Positions 49,334 through 63,340 of a stretch of 64,000 nt of DNA are shown piece by piece (positions within the stretch are counted from its first letter, which is position 1; the number at the start of each line of letters is the position of its first letter). Both the position numbers and the translations under genes were made by a program. This stretch comes from Patescibacteria group bacterium (GTDB lineage: Bacteria > Patescibacteriota > Minisyncoccia > Moranbacterales > JAKLHP01), in NCBI GenBank assembly GCA_043803385.1, contig JAZDKA010000034.1, positions 10,561 to 74,560 of the forward strand, in the 5' to 3' direction. The notes under the pieces were generated by a model. It was given only the letters and a program-made list of their open reading frames with translations, was not told where the DNA came from and did not search any database.

Positions 49334-50410
49334 ATGCTTCATTCAGAACAAAGGTTAAAAAGCTTGCTAAGAACAGTGGCCCAGCAAAATGGTTCTGATT
49401 TGCATTTGGTCGTGGGCCGTTATCCTACCATGAGGCTGGACGGAAAGCTTTATCCACTATCCCAGGAAAGCGTGCTTACCCCAGAAGATACTCAATCGCT
49501 AAGTGACTCAATGCTTTCCGAAGATAAAAAGAAGAAATTGATTGAAGAAGGACAGGTAGATTTTTCCTATAACTTTGAAGATAAAGCCAGATTTAGAACT
49601 AACGTATTCTTTCAGAAAGGATATATAAGCGTGGCCATGAGGCTTATCCCTGATAAAATAAGAACACTCGAGGAACTTAATATGCCTGTTGCTCTTTATG
49701 ACCTGTTGAATTTTTCACATGGACTTATCTTGATAACAGGGCCGGTGGGCCATGGAAAATCAACAACTTTGGCAGCGATGATTGATTACATCAACCACAA
49801 CCAGGAGAAAAACGTTATTACGATTGAAGATCCTATTGAATATGTGTACGTGCAAGACCGTTCAATAATAAACCAGAGAGAAGTCGGACAAGACACAAAA
49901 TCATTCCATAACGCACTCAAAGCAGTTTTTCGCGAGGATGCTAACGTGGTTTTAATTGGTGAAATGAGGGATTTGGATACCATTGGAACCGCAATGACGG
50001 CAGCGGAAACAGGGCATTTAATATTAGGAACACTTCACACTAATGACAGTTCCCAGACAATTGACAGGATTATTGATGTTTTTCCCGCCCATCAGCAAAA
50101 CCAGATACGTTACCAGCTTTCCAATGTTCTCCTGGGGGTAGTTTCCCAAAGGCTTATCCCGCAAATTGGAGGAGGGAGAACGCCGGCAGTGGAAATTATG
50201 TTCAAGAATCATGCTGTTGAAAATCTGATACGAGAAAACAAATCTTATCAGATTGACAATGTCATAGAAACATCGCTCAAGGAAGGAATGATATCTCTTG
50301 ATAAGTCTCTGGTTGATTTAGTGCATAGGGGAATTATTACCGCCGAAGACGCGTTTGTTTACGCGAAAAACAAAGATTATTTCCAAGTTTTAATGAATAA
50401 AAATAGCTAA
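49334..50410 (+). CDS. pilT: type IV pilus retraction ATPase
   Basis: SDLHL, GPVGHGKSTT, AAETGHL, TLHT, AVENLIRE. Confidence 0.93.
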   Translation: MLHSEQRLKSLLRTVAQQNGSDLHLVVGRYPTMRLDGKLYPLSQESVLTPEDTQSLSDSMLSEDKKKKLIEEGQVDFSYNFEDKARFRTNVFFQKGYISVAMRLIPDKIRTLEELNMPVALYDLLNFSHGLILITGPVGHGKSTTLAAMIDYINHNQEKNVITIEDPIEYVYVQDRSIINQREVGQDTKSFHNALKAVFREDANVVLIGEMRDLDTIGTAMTAAETGHLILGTLHTNDSSQTIDRIIDVFPAHQQNQIRYQLSNVLLGVVSQRLIPQIGGGRTPAVEIMFKNHAVENLIRENKSYQIDNVIETSLKEGMISLDKSLVDLVHRGIITAEDAFVYAKNKDYFQVLMNKNS

Positions 50411-50476
50411 TGCAGGACATTTACCCTGTATTTATCATGTGGTTACCCTGTTAAATAAAAATTTTAAATTAATTGT

Positions 50477-51688
50477 ATGAACTTTCTATTCACCGCCAGG
50501 GATCAATTTGGCAAAACTAGAGAAGGGGAAGTCGAAGCAATCAGCAAAGAAGTTGCTATTCAAACTGTTCAAAAGAACGGGCTGATCCCCATATCAATAA
50601 CCGAAAAAGAAAAAACGCCTCCCTTTATAAAGGATTTAAAAAGGATTTGGGAGGGTATAAGCCTCAAGGAAATGGTTATTTTTTTCCGCCAACTTTCAAC
50701 CTTGATAGATTCAAAAGTTCCAATTGTGCCGGCCCTCGAAGCCTTGCGTGAACAAGCGGAAAACCAATTTTTAGGATTAGTTATAAAAGAAATGGAAGAA
50801 GATATTAAAGACGGAATGTCCTTGTCTGAAAGCATGGAAAAACATCCAACAGTTTTCAGCAAACTTACCGTGAATATGATAAGGTCGGGAGAAATGTCCG
50901 GAAATCTCCAAAAATCGATCACTTATATTGCCGATAATATAGAAAAAAATTACCAGCTAACTTCTAAAATAAAAGGCGCCCTTTTTTATCCTGCTTTCGT
51001 CATAGGGGCAGCAACAATAATAGGATTTATAGTCATCACTTTTGTTCTTCCTAAGCTAACCGGAGTCATCAGGGAAATGGAGTTAGCAGTGCCCTGGTAC
51101 ACAAAGGTTTTGATGGTTACAGGAGATTTTATGAACAAGTACTGGTGGGCAGTTCTCATTGCTATAATGGGGGCTGTTGGAGGTGCTTTGTATTATATAA
51201 AAACAGAGGAAGGAAAAAAAGAATGGGATCAGATAAAATTAAAACTGCCTGTTTTTGGCAAGTTCTTCCGGGCTGTTTATGTCGCAAGATTTGCGGACAA
51301 TTTTTCGGTTTTGATAGACGGAGGAATTCCGATAGTAAACGCTCTTCAGGAAGTGGCGGGAGTGGTGGGAAACAGCGTTTTTCAAAATATAATTTTAAAA
51401 TCGGCGGATGAAGTCAAGAAAGGAGGCAATATGAGCGAGGTTTTTATGCGTTCTCCGGAAATACCGCCGATTGTTTCCAAAATGATGAAAATTGGCGAAG
51501 AAACCGGAAGAATAAGTGAAGTTTTGCGGAAGACAGCGTCATTTTATGAACAAGAAGTTGAAGTGATGACCAGAAACATTTCTACAATGATCGAACCTAT
51601 TTTGATTTCAATTCTGGGAATCGGCGTTGCCATAATGGTTTTTGCCGTCCTAATGCCGATTTACGATATTGCGAATAAAATCCAGTAG
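50477..51688 (+). CDS. pilC: type IV pilus platform protein (PilC/GspF)
   Basis: FFRQLSTL, GEMSGNL, ALFYP, GEETG, IEP. Confidence 0.93.
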   Translation: MNFLFTARDQFGKTREGEVEAISKEVAIQTVQKNGLIPISITEKEKTPPFIKDLKRIWEGISLKEMVIFFRQLSTLIDSKVPIVPALEALREQAENQFLGLVIKEMEEDIKDGMSLSESMEKHPTVFSKLTVNMIRSGEMSGNLQKSITYIADNIEKNYQLTSKIKGALFYPAFVIGAATIIGFIVITFVLPKLTGVIREMELAVPWYTKVLMVTGDFMNKYWWAVLIAIMGAVGGALYYIKTEEGKKEWDQIKLKLPVFGKFFRAVYVARFADNFSVLIDGGIPIVNALQEVAGVVGNSVFQNIILKSADEVKKGGNMSEVFMRSPEIPPIVSKMMKIGEETGRISEVLRKTASFYEQEVEVMTRNISTMIEPILISILGIGVAIMVFAVLMPIYDIANKIQ

Positions 51689-51780
51689 GAAGAATGATAT
51701 TATATCTGAAGATTTAGTAGTATAGTAAAAGCAAAGTAGTTTGAATAATAAAAAAATAAAATATAGAACGGAGGTGAACT

Positions 51781-52218
51781 ATGGCTAAAAAGAAAAAAAC
51801 AAACAAAAAGAAAAGAGGCTTTACTCTGATCGAACTTTTGATAGTTATTGCCATTATTGGAATTCTAGCAAGCATCGTCGTAGTTAATTTAAATAATGCC
51901 AGAGTTAAGGCCAGAAAAGCTTCTGCTGTGTCATCTCTTTCAAGTGTCATGGGCGAACTTTCCATATGCGATAACGATGAAGGGGAAGCTACTGCTTCAG
52001 CTCCAAGTGGAGGAATAACAAATATTTGCTGCACTGATGATACTTGCGATACGCCTGCAGATGGACATAGTATAATCTGGCCCAATATATCAACTACCGG
52101 ATTTACTTATGATACTCCAGCAGGATCTGTTTCTGGCGGAGATTATGTCTTTACGGCTACAAACAGTACGACTAGCGTGACTATAACCTGCAGTTTCTCG
52201 AGCAAGAGTTGCCAATAG
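51781..52218 (+). CDS. type IV major pilin 1
   Basis: Class III signal G|[17 protein letters not shown]; C-terminal Cys pair. Confidence 0.92.
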   Translation: MAKKKKTNKKKRGFTLIELLIVIAIIGILASIVVVNLNNARVKARKASAVSSLSSVMGELSICDNDEGEATASAPSGGITNICCTDDTCDTPADGHSIIWPNISTTGFTYDTPAGSVSGGDYVFTATNSTTSVTITCSFSSKSCQ

Positions 52219-52285
52219 AAATTAGCTATGTGGTATAATATAAATTGATTGAATATAAATATAAAAAATAGAAAGGCGGTGAAAT

Positions 52286-52672
52286 ATGAAAAAGAAAAAA
52301 AACAAAAAGAAAAAAGGATTTACTCTTATCGAGTTGTTAATAGTTATCGCCATTATCGGAATTTTGGCATCGATTGTGTTGGTGAGTTTGGGTAATGCTA
52401 GAACAAAGTCTTTGGCGGCTGGGTTTAAAGCGTCTTCTACGAGCTTAAGGCCAGCTCTTATTGTGGCTTGCGATGGGGTGGTTGGCAGTATAGCATCAAG
52501 CACTATAAATCCTCCAGCGGAGCTTTCTCTTCCTGGTACTATAACATGTAATGATGGTACATGGACTGCGTTTGCCGTAACTCCTACTGCCGGTCAAAAA
52601 TATGCCGGACTGGCTTGTTCAGCAACTATCTCCGTAGAAAGTGCAGTGTTTAGTGGTGCAGACTGTTTATAA
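52286..52672 (+). CDS. type IV major pilin 2
   Basis: G|[17 protein letters not shown]. Confidence 0.92.
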   Translation: MKKKKNKKKKGFTLIELLIVIAIIGILASIVLVSLGNARTKSLAAGFKASSTSLRPALIVACDGVVGSIASSTINPPAELSLPGTITCNDGTWTAFAVTPTAGQKYAGLACSATISVESAVFSGADCL

Positions 52673-52785
52673 ATGGCAAACGATTTTTTGTATCCATTAA
52701 TATTCTGGTAATTTTTAACTTGATGAGGTTTCCGCAATACCCATTTTTTTGGGATTACGGAGCAAAGTAGAAAGCGAGGTGAAAT

Positions 52786-53196
52786 ATGAAAAAGAAAAAA
52801 AACAAAAAGAAAAAAGGATTTACTCTTATCGAACTTTTGATTGTTATTGCGATCATCGGAATTTTAGCAAGTATTGTGCTGGTAAGTTTGAATAGTGCGA
52901 GAACCAAAGCCAGAGCGGCTTCTTGGAAAGCAACCGTTGCTAGTGTTCAAAAATCGGCGATTGCTTGCTGTGCTAGTGGAAATACTATTAATGGATATTC
53001 GGATGGGGGAGTAATGTGTACTGGATCTACTTCGGTGTGGCCGGCGGCAGCGAATGTTGGTACGGGTATCACTATATCAAACTGTTCGAATGCTAATCCC
53101 GCATTTACAATCAGTATTAGCACTCCTCCGACTCTTGCGACTGGATGCACGAGTGCTAGTTGTACTATTACTAATTGCGCATTTGTGGGGTGTTAG
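52786..53196 (+). CDS. type IV major pilin 3
   Basis: G|[17 protein letters not shown]; Cys-rich globular domain. Confidence 0.92.
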   Translation: MKKKKNKKKKGFTLIELLIVIAIIGILASIVLVSLNSARTKARAASWKATVASVQKSAIACCASGNTINGYSDGGVMCTGSTSVWPAAANVGTGITISNCSNANPAFTISISTPPTLATGCTSASCTITNCAFVGC

Positions 53197-53204
53197 CAAT
53201 CTCC

Positions 53205-53223
53205 ATCGAGGTTCGACCTCGAT
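53205..53223. repeat. REP-like palindrome, distant copy of the RAYT-associated repeat
   Basis: atcgaggttcgacctcgat. Confidence 0.8.
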
Positions 53224-53248
53224 ATCTATCGATAGCTATAAAATTTTC

Positions 53249-53275
53249 AAAAGAGCGGGTTTTTCCCGCTCTTTT
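53249..53275 (+). terminator. intrinsic terminator after the pilin cluster
   Basis: aaaagagcggg-ttttt-cccgctctttt. Confidence 0.8.
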
Positions 53276-53336
53276 GTTTTTGGCGGTTTTGTGGTAATAT
53301 TTAAATGCAAATTATCTTTTAAAACAAACACAAAAT

Positions 53337-54140
53337 ATGATTATAACAATCTTTTTTATTCTCGGCCTTATTATCGGAAGTTTTCTGAACGTTGTGGTTT
53401 ATCGTCTGAATGTGGCAGAAACGCTTTTGGGCCGTTCGCATTGCCCGCATTGCCAAAAGCAAATCCGCTGGTACGACAATATTCCGCTTCTAAGCTTTAT
53501 TTTGTTAAGAATGAAATGCCGGGATTGCCAGAAGAAAATTTCCTGGCAGTATCCACTGGTTGAATTTTTTACCGGTGTAATTTTTGCCCTCGTTGGAAAT
53601 TATTTTTTCTTTGTTATGGATCCGCAAAGCTGGATAACCGCCTTTTATCATTTAGTCCTATTCGCGCTATTATTGGTTATATTCGTATATGACTGGAAGT
53701 TTATGGAAATCCCGATGATTATTTTTTGGATAACTCTGGGAATTTCTATTTTATATGCCCTTTTTTCCGATTGGGTTAATTTCGTTCCCGATTTTGGAAT
53801 TTGGAATCTTTCAATATTTTCCGGCTTAATTGGCGCCGCGATCGCGTTTCTGTTCTTTTTTATCCTCGTTGCCGTTTCCAAGGAAAAATGGATGGGAATG
53901 GGAGACGCATACTTGGCGTTTCTCGCCGGTTTCGTAGTTGGCTATCCCAAGGTTCTCTTTACCTTGGTTTTAGCCTTCTTTATCGGTTCAGTTTGCAGTA
54001 TAATATTGTTAGCGCTCAAGAAGAAAACGATGAAAAGCCAAATTCCATTCGCGCCGTTTTTGGTAAGCGCGGTTATTCTGGTAATTTTATTGCCTGAAAT
54101 ATTTCCGGCGTTAAATTATTATTATCTATTATTTTATTAA
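53337..54140 (+). CDS. pilD: prepilin peptidase
   Basis: GSFLNVV, RSHCPHC, CRDC, MGMGD, IPFAPFL. Confidence 0.95.
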   Translation: MIITIFFILGLIIGSFLNVVVYRLNVAETLLGRSHCPHCQKQIRWYDNIPLLSFILLRMKCRDCQKKISWQYPLVEFFTGVIFALVGNYFFFVMDPQSWITAFYHLVLFALLLVIFVYDWKFMEIPMIIFWITLGISILYALFSDWVNFVPDFGIWNLSIFSGLIGAAIAFLFFFILVAVSKEKWMGMGDAYLAFLAGFVVGYPKVLFTLVLAFFIGSVCSIILLALKKKTMKSQIPFAPFLVSAVILVILLPEIFPALNYYYLLFY

Positions 54141-54203
54141 CGAGTTCACGGGTTAACGAGTTTATTGAATAAATACTCAACCCGTTAACTCTTTAGCTCG
54201 TTA

Positions 54204-54695
54204 ATGATTAATGAATTAATGAAAAAGAAAAAGGCTTTTTCTATAATTGAGGTGCTGATCGTTATTGCCATAATCGGAATAATGACTGCCGCCACGATTG
54301 TTTCTCTGCAAAGCGGAAAAACGGACAAAGAATTGGAGACTGCCGCGCGGGAAGTTTCTGCCGCAATCCGCGAAGCGCAAAACAACGCGTTGACGGGGAA
54401 AAATGCCAGTTCTAGTTGTCAGTATTATGACTTTACTTATACCGCAAGCAGCACAAATTATTCAGTAGGAACCGTTAGCGGGTCAGGGTGTCCACTGGCG
54501 AGCTATACTCTAAAAAACGGAGTAACTTTTGTAAACGGAGGAAGTTTTAATTTTTCTATTCCATTTGGGGGAGTGACTGGAATAAGTGGAATAAAAATAA
54601 CGAAAAATAATGTTTGTTATTGCGTATCTATAAATTCTTCCGGTTCGGTTGAAGAAAGAGGAAAACTTTCTACTTGTAGCGCTTCTTGCTCATGA
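54204..54695 (+). CDS. minor pilin (FimT/GspH-like)
   Basis: A|FSIIEVLIVIAI; start may be at 54219. Confidence 0.8.
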   Translation: MINELMKKKKAFSIIEVLIVIAIIGIMTAATIVSLQSGKTDKELETAAREVSAAIREAQNNALTGKNASSSCQYYDFTYTASSTNYSVGTVSGSGCPLASYTLKNGVTFVNGGSFNFSIPFGGVTGISGIKITKNNVCYCVSINSSGSVEERGKLSTCSASCS

Positions 54696-54736
54696 TTTTA
54701 GGATTTCAAAGTTGATTTTTATGTTTTTCAATTATT

Positions 54737-55318
54737 ATGTTTTTAAAAAATATTAAAAATTTTATTGGAAATTGGAAATTGGAAATTGGAAATTCTTCGA
54801 AGAAGGCGGGTTTTTCTCTTGTGGAAGTAATGTTCTCTGTTTGCGTGCTGTCCATCGGAATCGTGGCGGTGCTGTCTTTGATGACGGGAAATATTAAAAA
54901 TTCCATCGAAAGCCGCGACGCGATAATCGCTTCCGAACTGGCGCAAGAGGGGATAGAATTGGTCAGGAATGTCAGGGATAATAATTTCGTAAATGTCAGA
55001 ACCGCTTTCGAGCAAAATTTTCCCAATAACGATAGGGATAATTGCAAGATAGATAAAGGTTCTGATAATATTACAGATTGCAATAGTGGACACAGTAAAG
55101 TTCTTAATTATAGTAGCGGTTTTTACATTCATGGAAGCGGGACAGCAACAAAATTTCAAAGAAAAATAGCCATCGATTATGATACGTGGCCAAACCCAGT
55201 TCAAGCAACAATTACCAGCACGGTTTGGTGGAATGGAAGTTCAAGTTCTCCTGCTAGTTGTAATATGGCGACAAAGTGCATTTATGTTGAAGATATTTTG
55301 ACGGATTGGGCAAACTGA
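54737..55318 (+). CDS. minor pilin (PilV-like)
   Basis: G|FSLVEV, LAQEGIELVRNVRD. Confidence 0.8.
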   Translation: MFLKNIKNFIGNWKLEIGNSSKKAGFSLVEVMFSVCVLSIGIVAVLSLMTGNIKNSIESRDAIIASELAQEGIELVRNVRDNNFVNVRTAFEQNFPNNDRDNCKIDKGSDNITDCNSGHSKVLNYSSGFYIHGSGTATKFQRKIAIDYDTWPNPVQATITSTVWWNGSSSSPASCNMATKCIYVEDILTDWAN

Positions 55319-55342
55319 TTAATTTTCTATTATTTTATTATA

Positions 55343-55939
55343 ATGATTAACAAGCTAATGAAAAATAAAGGAGGTTTTTCTTTTATTGAAGTAATAATAG
55401 CGGTGTTTATTTTTGTGCTGATAATGACAGCCGTATCGCTGATGTTCACCAGTCTTTTTAGCGGATACAAAAATGCCAAAGCTATCCAAAAAGATTTGGA
55501 AAGTGCGCAATTTGCGATGAATTTAATGGCAAAAAATTTGAGAACTAGCAGTATTGTTAGCAATGGCGGAACGTCTGATGACATAAAATTCTACAATTAT
55601 TCCGATGGGGGAAAATGCATCTCGTATAAATTAGCAGGAAGCAATAAAATCCAAGTTGCTTCCGCTCCTGACCCAGGAGATTTGGAACCCGATAAATTAG
55701 CTTGGTGCACTAGTAAAGTTTTAAGTTATTCCGACTTAACTTCCACCAATTCAACCTATATTAACAAACTTAGTTTTTATGCCGTTCTTTCGGATGGTGT
55801 TAGTGCCGCTAAAGTCGTCGGAAAAGTCACGATTTCAATGGAAATTTGCGCGACTTCAAATTGCAGTGGAACAGAAAAAGACAAAGCCCGGATCCAAACC
55901 ACCGTATCCCTTCGGGATTATCAGGAGACAATGCCATAA
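55343..55939 (+). CDS. minor pilin (PilW/GspJ-like)
   Basis: G|FSFIEV, C-terminal QTTVSLR. Confidence 0.8.
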   Translation: MINKLMKNKGGFSFIEVIIAVFIFVLIMTAVSLMFTSLFSGYKNAKAIQKDLESAQFAMNLMAKNLRTSSIVSNGGTSDDIKFYNYSDGGKCISYKLAGSNKIQVASAPDPGDLEPDKLAWCTSKVLSYSDLTSTNSTYINKLSFYAVLSDGVSAAKVVGKVTISMEICATSNCSGTEKDKARIQTTVSLRDYQETMP

Positions 55940-55980
55940 TCTATGCTATAATTGATTCATTAACTATTTAATAAAAACAT

Positions 55981-56604
55981 ATGCAAAAAATAAGAAAAAA
56001 GTATGGGTCAGCGTTAGTTTTCTCCCTAATAATTCTTTTCATCGGAGTCGTGATGGCGCTGGGAATCGCTTCGACGGCCGTAATTTCCAAAAAAATGTCA
56101 GGAACAACCGGAAAATCAACAAGCTCGTTCCAGATTGCCGACAGCGGCGCGGAAATAGTCTTGCAGAAGATTTACAAAGACGACACTTTAACCGACTTGC
56201 AATCATTGGCTAGTTCGCTAGGAACTAGTTGCTCTAGCGGGAATATAGCAAGTTCTATCTCTTCCGGAAAAGATTATTCTATAACTTTTTTCAAGGATGA
56301 TGGTTCTGGAAATGACGTGCCCGTTATCGATTGTAGCACAACGCAGATATCCGATATTACAAAAATAAAATCCGTCGGAACTTACGCCAGCACCTCCCGC
56401 GCGGTGGAAGTAGCAGTAGCGGCAGGAGGAGTATTGAGCGGGACGGTATGCGGGCACTGGTCATCTACTGGTCAGGATGGACAGATTCCTTGTGACGGTC
56501 TAAATCCTTCCATTGAATGTCCTAACGGTTATACCAAAAGAGGACAGCGTACCATGATTGATGGCAGTATTCAAGTAGTAATATATTTTTGTACGAAAGA
56601 TTAA
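55981..56604 (+). CDS. minor pilin (PilX-like) with Cys-rich C-terminal module
   Basis: G|SALVFSL without Glu5, ADSGAE, IKSVGT...RAVEV. Confidence 0.75.
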   Translation: MQKIRKKYGSALVFSLIILFIGVVMALGIASTAVISKKMSGTTGKSTSSFQIADSGAEIVLQKIYKDDTLTDLQSLASSLGTSCSSGNIASSISSGKDYSITFFKDDGSGNDVPVIDCSTTQISDITKIKSVGTYASTSRAVEVAVAAGGVLSGTVCGHWSSTGQDGQIPCDGLNPSIECPNGYTKRGQRTMIDGSIQVVIYFCTKD

Positions 56605-56640
56605 GCTTCGCCAAGGCTGAACCTTAGAAGAAAATAACCC

Positions 56641-59612
<2,972 letters not shown>

Positions 59613-59619
59613 TTTTTCT

Positions 59620-59907
59620 ATGCTTTCCAGGGAAGAAGTAAAAAATATAGCCAGTTTAGCCAGAATTGGAATTAAAGAAAAAGAAATCGATGATTATCAA
59701 AAAAATCTTTCGGGGATTTTGGATTATTTCAAGGAGCTTCAGGAGCTAAATACCGATAATATAGAGCCAATTGGGCATATTACTGGCAGAAATAATGTTT
59801 CAAGGGAAGATGAGAGAAGAGAAGTTATTAAGAAGGAAAGAGAAGATATTTTAAATAACGCTCCGGAAAGAAAAGGTAATTATGTAAAAGTCAAAAGTGT
59901 CTTGTGA
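59620..59907 (+). CDS. gatC: Asp/Glu-tRNA amidotransferase subunit C
   Basis: EEVKNIASLARI...NAP...VKVKSVL; upstream of gatA. Confidence 0.92.
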   Translation: MLSREEVKNIASLARIGIKEKEIDDYQKNLSGILDYFKELQELNTDNIEPIGHITGRNNVSREDERREVIKKEREDILNNAPERKGNYVKVKSVL

Positions 59908-61352
59908 TACGAGAACTGCACGAAAAGCTAGTTAACGGCGAAACGACTTCAGCTAAACTTACTGAAGAATATCTTGATGCTATTGAAAAAAAAGATAAAG
60001 ACATCCAGGCTTATCTCACTATCACAAAAGAATTGGCCATGGATAAAGCGGGAGAAGTTGACAAAAAAATAAAGAACGGAGAAGAGGTAGATATTTTAGC
60101 CGGAATTCCATGCGCGATCAAGGACAATATGTGCATCAAAGGAATAAGAACAACGGCCGCTTCAAAAATCCTCGATAACTATATTGCTCCTTATGATGCG
60201 ACGGTTATTGCAAAACTCAAAGAGAACGACGCCGTGTTTCTCGGAAAAACAAATATGGATGAGTTTGCCATGGGCTCATCAACGGAAAACAGCGCTTATC
60301 AAAAAACCAAAAATCCTAATGATCTCGAAAGAGTTCCGGGCGGTTCTTCCGGAGGAAGCGCCGCGGCTGTGGCCGCCGAAGAGGCGGCTTGGGCTTTGGG
60401 ATCCGATACGGGAGGATCAATCCGCCAGCCAGCCTCATTTTGCGGAATTGTCGGACTCAAGCCCACTTACGGAAGAGTTTCTCGGCATGGACTCTTGGCA
60501 ATGGCATCGAGTTTGGACCAAATCGGTCCACTTACAAAAAATGTCGAAGATGCGGCGATAATTTTATCAAGGATTGCCGGCGAAGATAGAAAAGACGCGA
60601 CAGTGGCGGTTGAATTCGGGAAAAAATACGAAGATTATTTGAACGGAGATATTTCCAGAATTAAAATCGGGATCCCCAAGGAATATATGCAGGAAGGATT
60701 AGATGATGAGATTAAAGAAAAATTCGAAAAGGCGGTAGAAAAATTTAAAAAACTTGGAGCGGAAATAAAACAAATAAGCTTGCCTCATAGCAAATATTCC
60801 CTAGCCGCTTATTATCTGATCATGTTTTCTGAAGCAAGCTCAAATCTGGCCCGATTCGACGGGATAAAATACGGATTTAGGGCGGATGACAAAAAAGATT
60901 CTGATTTTGACGGAATTTCAAAAAATCTTTTTGAAACCTATCTTGATACCAGGGGATACGGATTTGGAGAAGAAGTAAAAAGAAGAATAATGCTGGGAAC
61001 ATACGCTCTTTCCGCTGGGTATTATGATGCCTATTATCTCAAGGCTCAAAAGGTGCGCGCGCTTATCAAGAAAGATTTTGAAAAAGCTTTTAACGGAGTT
61101 GACTTGATTTTTTCTCCTACTACTCCGGAAACAGCTTTCAAATTCGGAGAAAAAACCGAGGATCCGCTGAAGATGTATCTTTCTGATATCTTCACTATTT
61201 CAGCCAATCTATCCGGAGTCCCGGCAATATCTTTTCCAATCGGAAGTATCAGCAAGAGCGGAAAAGATCTTCCGATCGGAGGGCAATTAATGGGAAAGTG
61301 GTTTGACGAAGAGGGAATTCTGAACGCAGCCTATGCAGTTGAGATTAATTAA
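59904..61352 (+). CDS. gatA: Asp/Glu-tRNA amidotransferase subunit A
   Basis: [43 protein letters not shown]. Confidence 0.96.
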   Translation: MIRELHEKLVNGETTSAKLTEEYLDAIEKKDKDIQAYLTITKELAMDKAGEVDKKIKNGEEVDILAGIPCAIKDNMCIKGIRTTAASKILDNYIAPYDATVIAKLKENDAVFLGKTNMDEFAMGSSTENSAYQKTKNPNDLERVPGGSSGGSAAAVAAEEAAWALGSDTGGSIRQPASFCGIVGLKPTYGRVSRHGLLAMASSLDQIGPLTKNVEDAAIILSRIAGEDRKDATVAVEFGKKYEDYLNGDISRIKIGIPKEYMQEGLDDEIKEKFEKAVEKFKKLGAEIKQISLPHSKYSLAAYYLIMFSEASSNLARFDGIKYGFRADDKKDSDFDGISKNLFETYLDTRGYGFGEEVKRRIMLGTYALSAGYYDAYYLKAQKVRALIKKDFEKAFNGVDLIFSPTTPETAFKFGEKTEDPLKMYLSDIFTISANLSGVPAISFPIGSISKSGKDLPIGGQLMGKWFDEEGILNAAYAVEIN

Positions 61353-61369
61353 TAAAATTTAAAATTATT

Positions 61370-61891
61370 ATGAATTGGGATATTATTTTAAACCAGATAC
61401 CCGCGCTATATCAAGGATTTATCAAATCCCCGTTCTTCTTTACTTTGAAATTTGTTCTGGCTATTTATACCACCGTTCTTTTCGCTAACATAATAATACT
61501 CATCATATTTAGAGGAATGAAAGATGTGCGTACGACATTCAGGGGAATGAATTATCCTATGGTTTCCAGCAAAAAGATGCGGAAAAAATGGAATGAGATA
61601 ATGGAAAAAATGGATAGTAATGAGCAGTCCAAATACAAGCTGGCAATTATAGAAGCGGACGCAATAGTTGATAAGCTGATAGGATCTATGGGGCTTAAAG
61701 GAAATGATATGATAGAAAGGCTTGATACTTTGAGGCCGGCGCAAATGGAAGAAGCGGAAGATCTGAAAAAATATCACAGGATAAGAAACCAGATTATCCA
61801 TGATCCAAATTTTGAAATGAGCAAAGAAACCGCAATGGAAATCCTCAAATTTTACGAAAAATTCCTAGTGAATTATGAGTTTATGGATTGA
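61370..61891 (+). CDS. hypothetical single-TM protein
   Basis: TM helix followed by AIIEAD...RNQIIHD. Confidence 0.7.
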   Translation: MNWDIILNQIPALYQGFIKSPFFFTLKFVLAIYTTVLFANIIILIIFRGMKDVRTTFRGMNYPMVSSKKMRKKWNEIMEKMDSNEQSKYKLAIIEADAIVDKLIGSMGLKGNDMIERLDTLRPAQMEEAEDLKKYHRIRNQIIHDPNFEMSKETAMEILKFYEKFLVNYEFMD

Positions 61892-61940
61892 CAATGTTAT
61901 TTTTTTCTTATACAATGTCCTAGCTATTCATTTTCATTAT

Positions 61941-62015
<75 letters not shown>

Positions 62016-62130
62016 ATAGTTTATGCAAAGTTTAAAAATCAAAATGTAAAGTGACAGTTAAAAATTTAAAATTATTTAAAATTTTAAATTATCATTTTGT
62101 ATTTTGAAGTTTGCATTTTTATTTTACTTT

Positions 62131-62204
62131 GCCGGGGTAGCTCAGTTGGTTAGAGCGCGGGACTCATAAGCCCGAGGTCGTGAGTTCAACTCTCACCCCC
62201 GGTA
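62131..62204 (+). tRNA. tRNA-Met(CAT), probably elongator
   Basis: Acceptor gccgggg/ccccggt, anticodon loop ctcataa; Ile2 identity not excluded. Confidence 0.85.
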
Positions 62205-62333
62205 CATTAAGAATTTTCAATTTTCAATTCACAATTTTCAAACAATTTTCAATGATTAAATTTTCAAAATTTTATCATTTGGTTATTATAAGTTGTTTAG
62301 AAATTAGAAATTGGAAATTAGAAATTTCCAATT

Positions 62334-62407
62334 GGGGGCGTAGCTCAGTTGGTTAGAGCGTCTGCCTGTCACGCAGAAGGTCGCCGGTTCGAGCCCGGTC
62401 GTCCCCG
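62334..62407 (+). tRNA. tRNA-Asp(GTC)
   Basis: Acceptor gggggcg/cgtcccc, anticodon arm tctgc-ctgtcac-gcaga. Confidence 0.93.
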
Positions 62408-62531
62408 CAAAAAAGCAGGTTTTCGAAAGCCTGTTTTCCTATTTGCATATTTTCTATTTGTGCTATAATTTATTATGATAAAATTAACAAATCAAAAAAT
62501 TAGCGAGATATAATTCAGTTTAATAAATATT

Positions 62532-63077
62532 ATGATTCCTAAAAAAATTTTTTTAACAAAGGGTGTAGGCGTACACAAGGACAAACTTGCAAGTTTTGAG
62601 TTGGCGCTAAGAGAAGCAGGAATAGAAAAATGCAATCTGGTATGTGTATCTTCAATTTTACCTCCAAATTGCAAGATAATTTCCAAGAATGAAGGACTGA
62701 AATTTTTAAGTCCAGGAGAAATAACTTATTGCGTTATGGCAAGAATTGAAGATAATGAACCCAATAGACTAATTTCTGCTTCAGTCGGATTAGCTAAACC
62801 GAAAGATGACAATCATCATGGTTATCTTTCGGAGCATCACTCTTTTGGAGAGAAAGGAGAAAAATCCGGAGAATATGCTGAAGATTTAGCAGCAACAATG
62901 TTAGCTACCACTCTTGGAATTAAATTTGATCCCGATACTGCCTGGAAAGAAAGAGAACAAGAATATAAAGCATCAGGGCATATTTTCAAAACGATTAACG
63001 TTACTCAATCTGCCGAAGTAAATAAAGACGGGCTTTGGACAAGTGTGATTGCTTTAGCTGTTTTTATTCCAGAATAA
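62532..63077 (+). CDS. pyruvoyl-dependent arginine decarboxylase
   Basis: [21 protein letters not shown] self-cleavage Ser-Ser, [17 protein letters not shown]. Confidence 0.9.
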   Translation: MIPKKIFLTKGVGVHKDKLASFELALREAGIEKCNLVCVSSILPPNCKIISKNEGLKFLSPGEITYCVMARIEDNEPNRLISASVGLAKPKDDNHHGYLSEHHSFGEKGEKSGEYAEDLAATMLATTLGIKFDPDTAWKEREQEYKASGHIFKTINVTQSAEVNKDGLWTSVIALAVFIPE

Positions 63078-63340
63078 GATTATTTCTTTAATGTCCGGAA
63101 AAATTTACATATTATTTTATGGTTATTTTTCCCTCATATAAAGGCAATTTTGATTGCTTTTTTCTATTGCCAAACCAGGATAAATGCGCTAAAATAGATA
63201 GGTAATATTCCAAACAAAAACACCCCACACCATTTTCTGATAGCCATTTGTTTTATGAGATAAGATAGCTAAAACGCTTCGCTTTTGTTGAGCGAGAGTT
63301 CTACAATTTTCAGAAAAAAATGGTAAGGGGCAAGCATAAA

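Noticed and set aside
53054-53563. 169-aa ORF spanning pilin 3 and pilD
   Set aside because: It overlaps two real genes, a palindrome and a terminator, and has no recognisable motif.
55981-56640. Shufflon at the PilX-like C-terminus
   Set aside because: No site-specific recombinase and no inverted alternative 3' cassettes.
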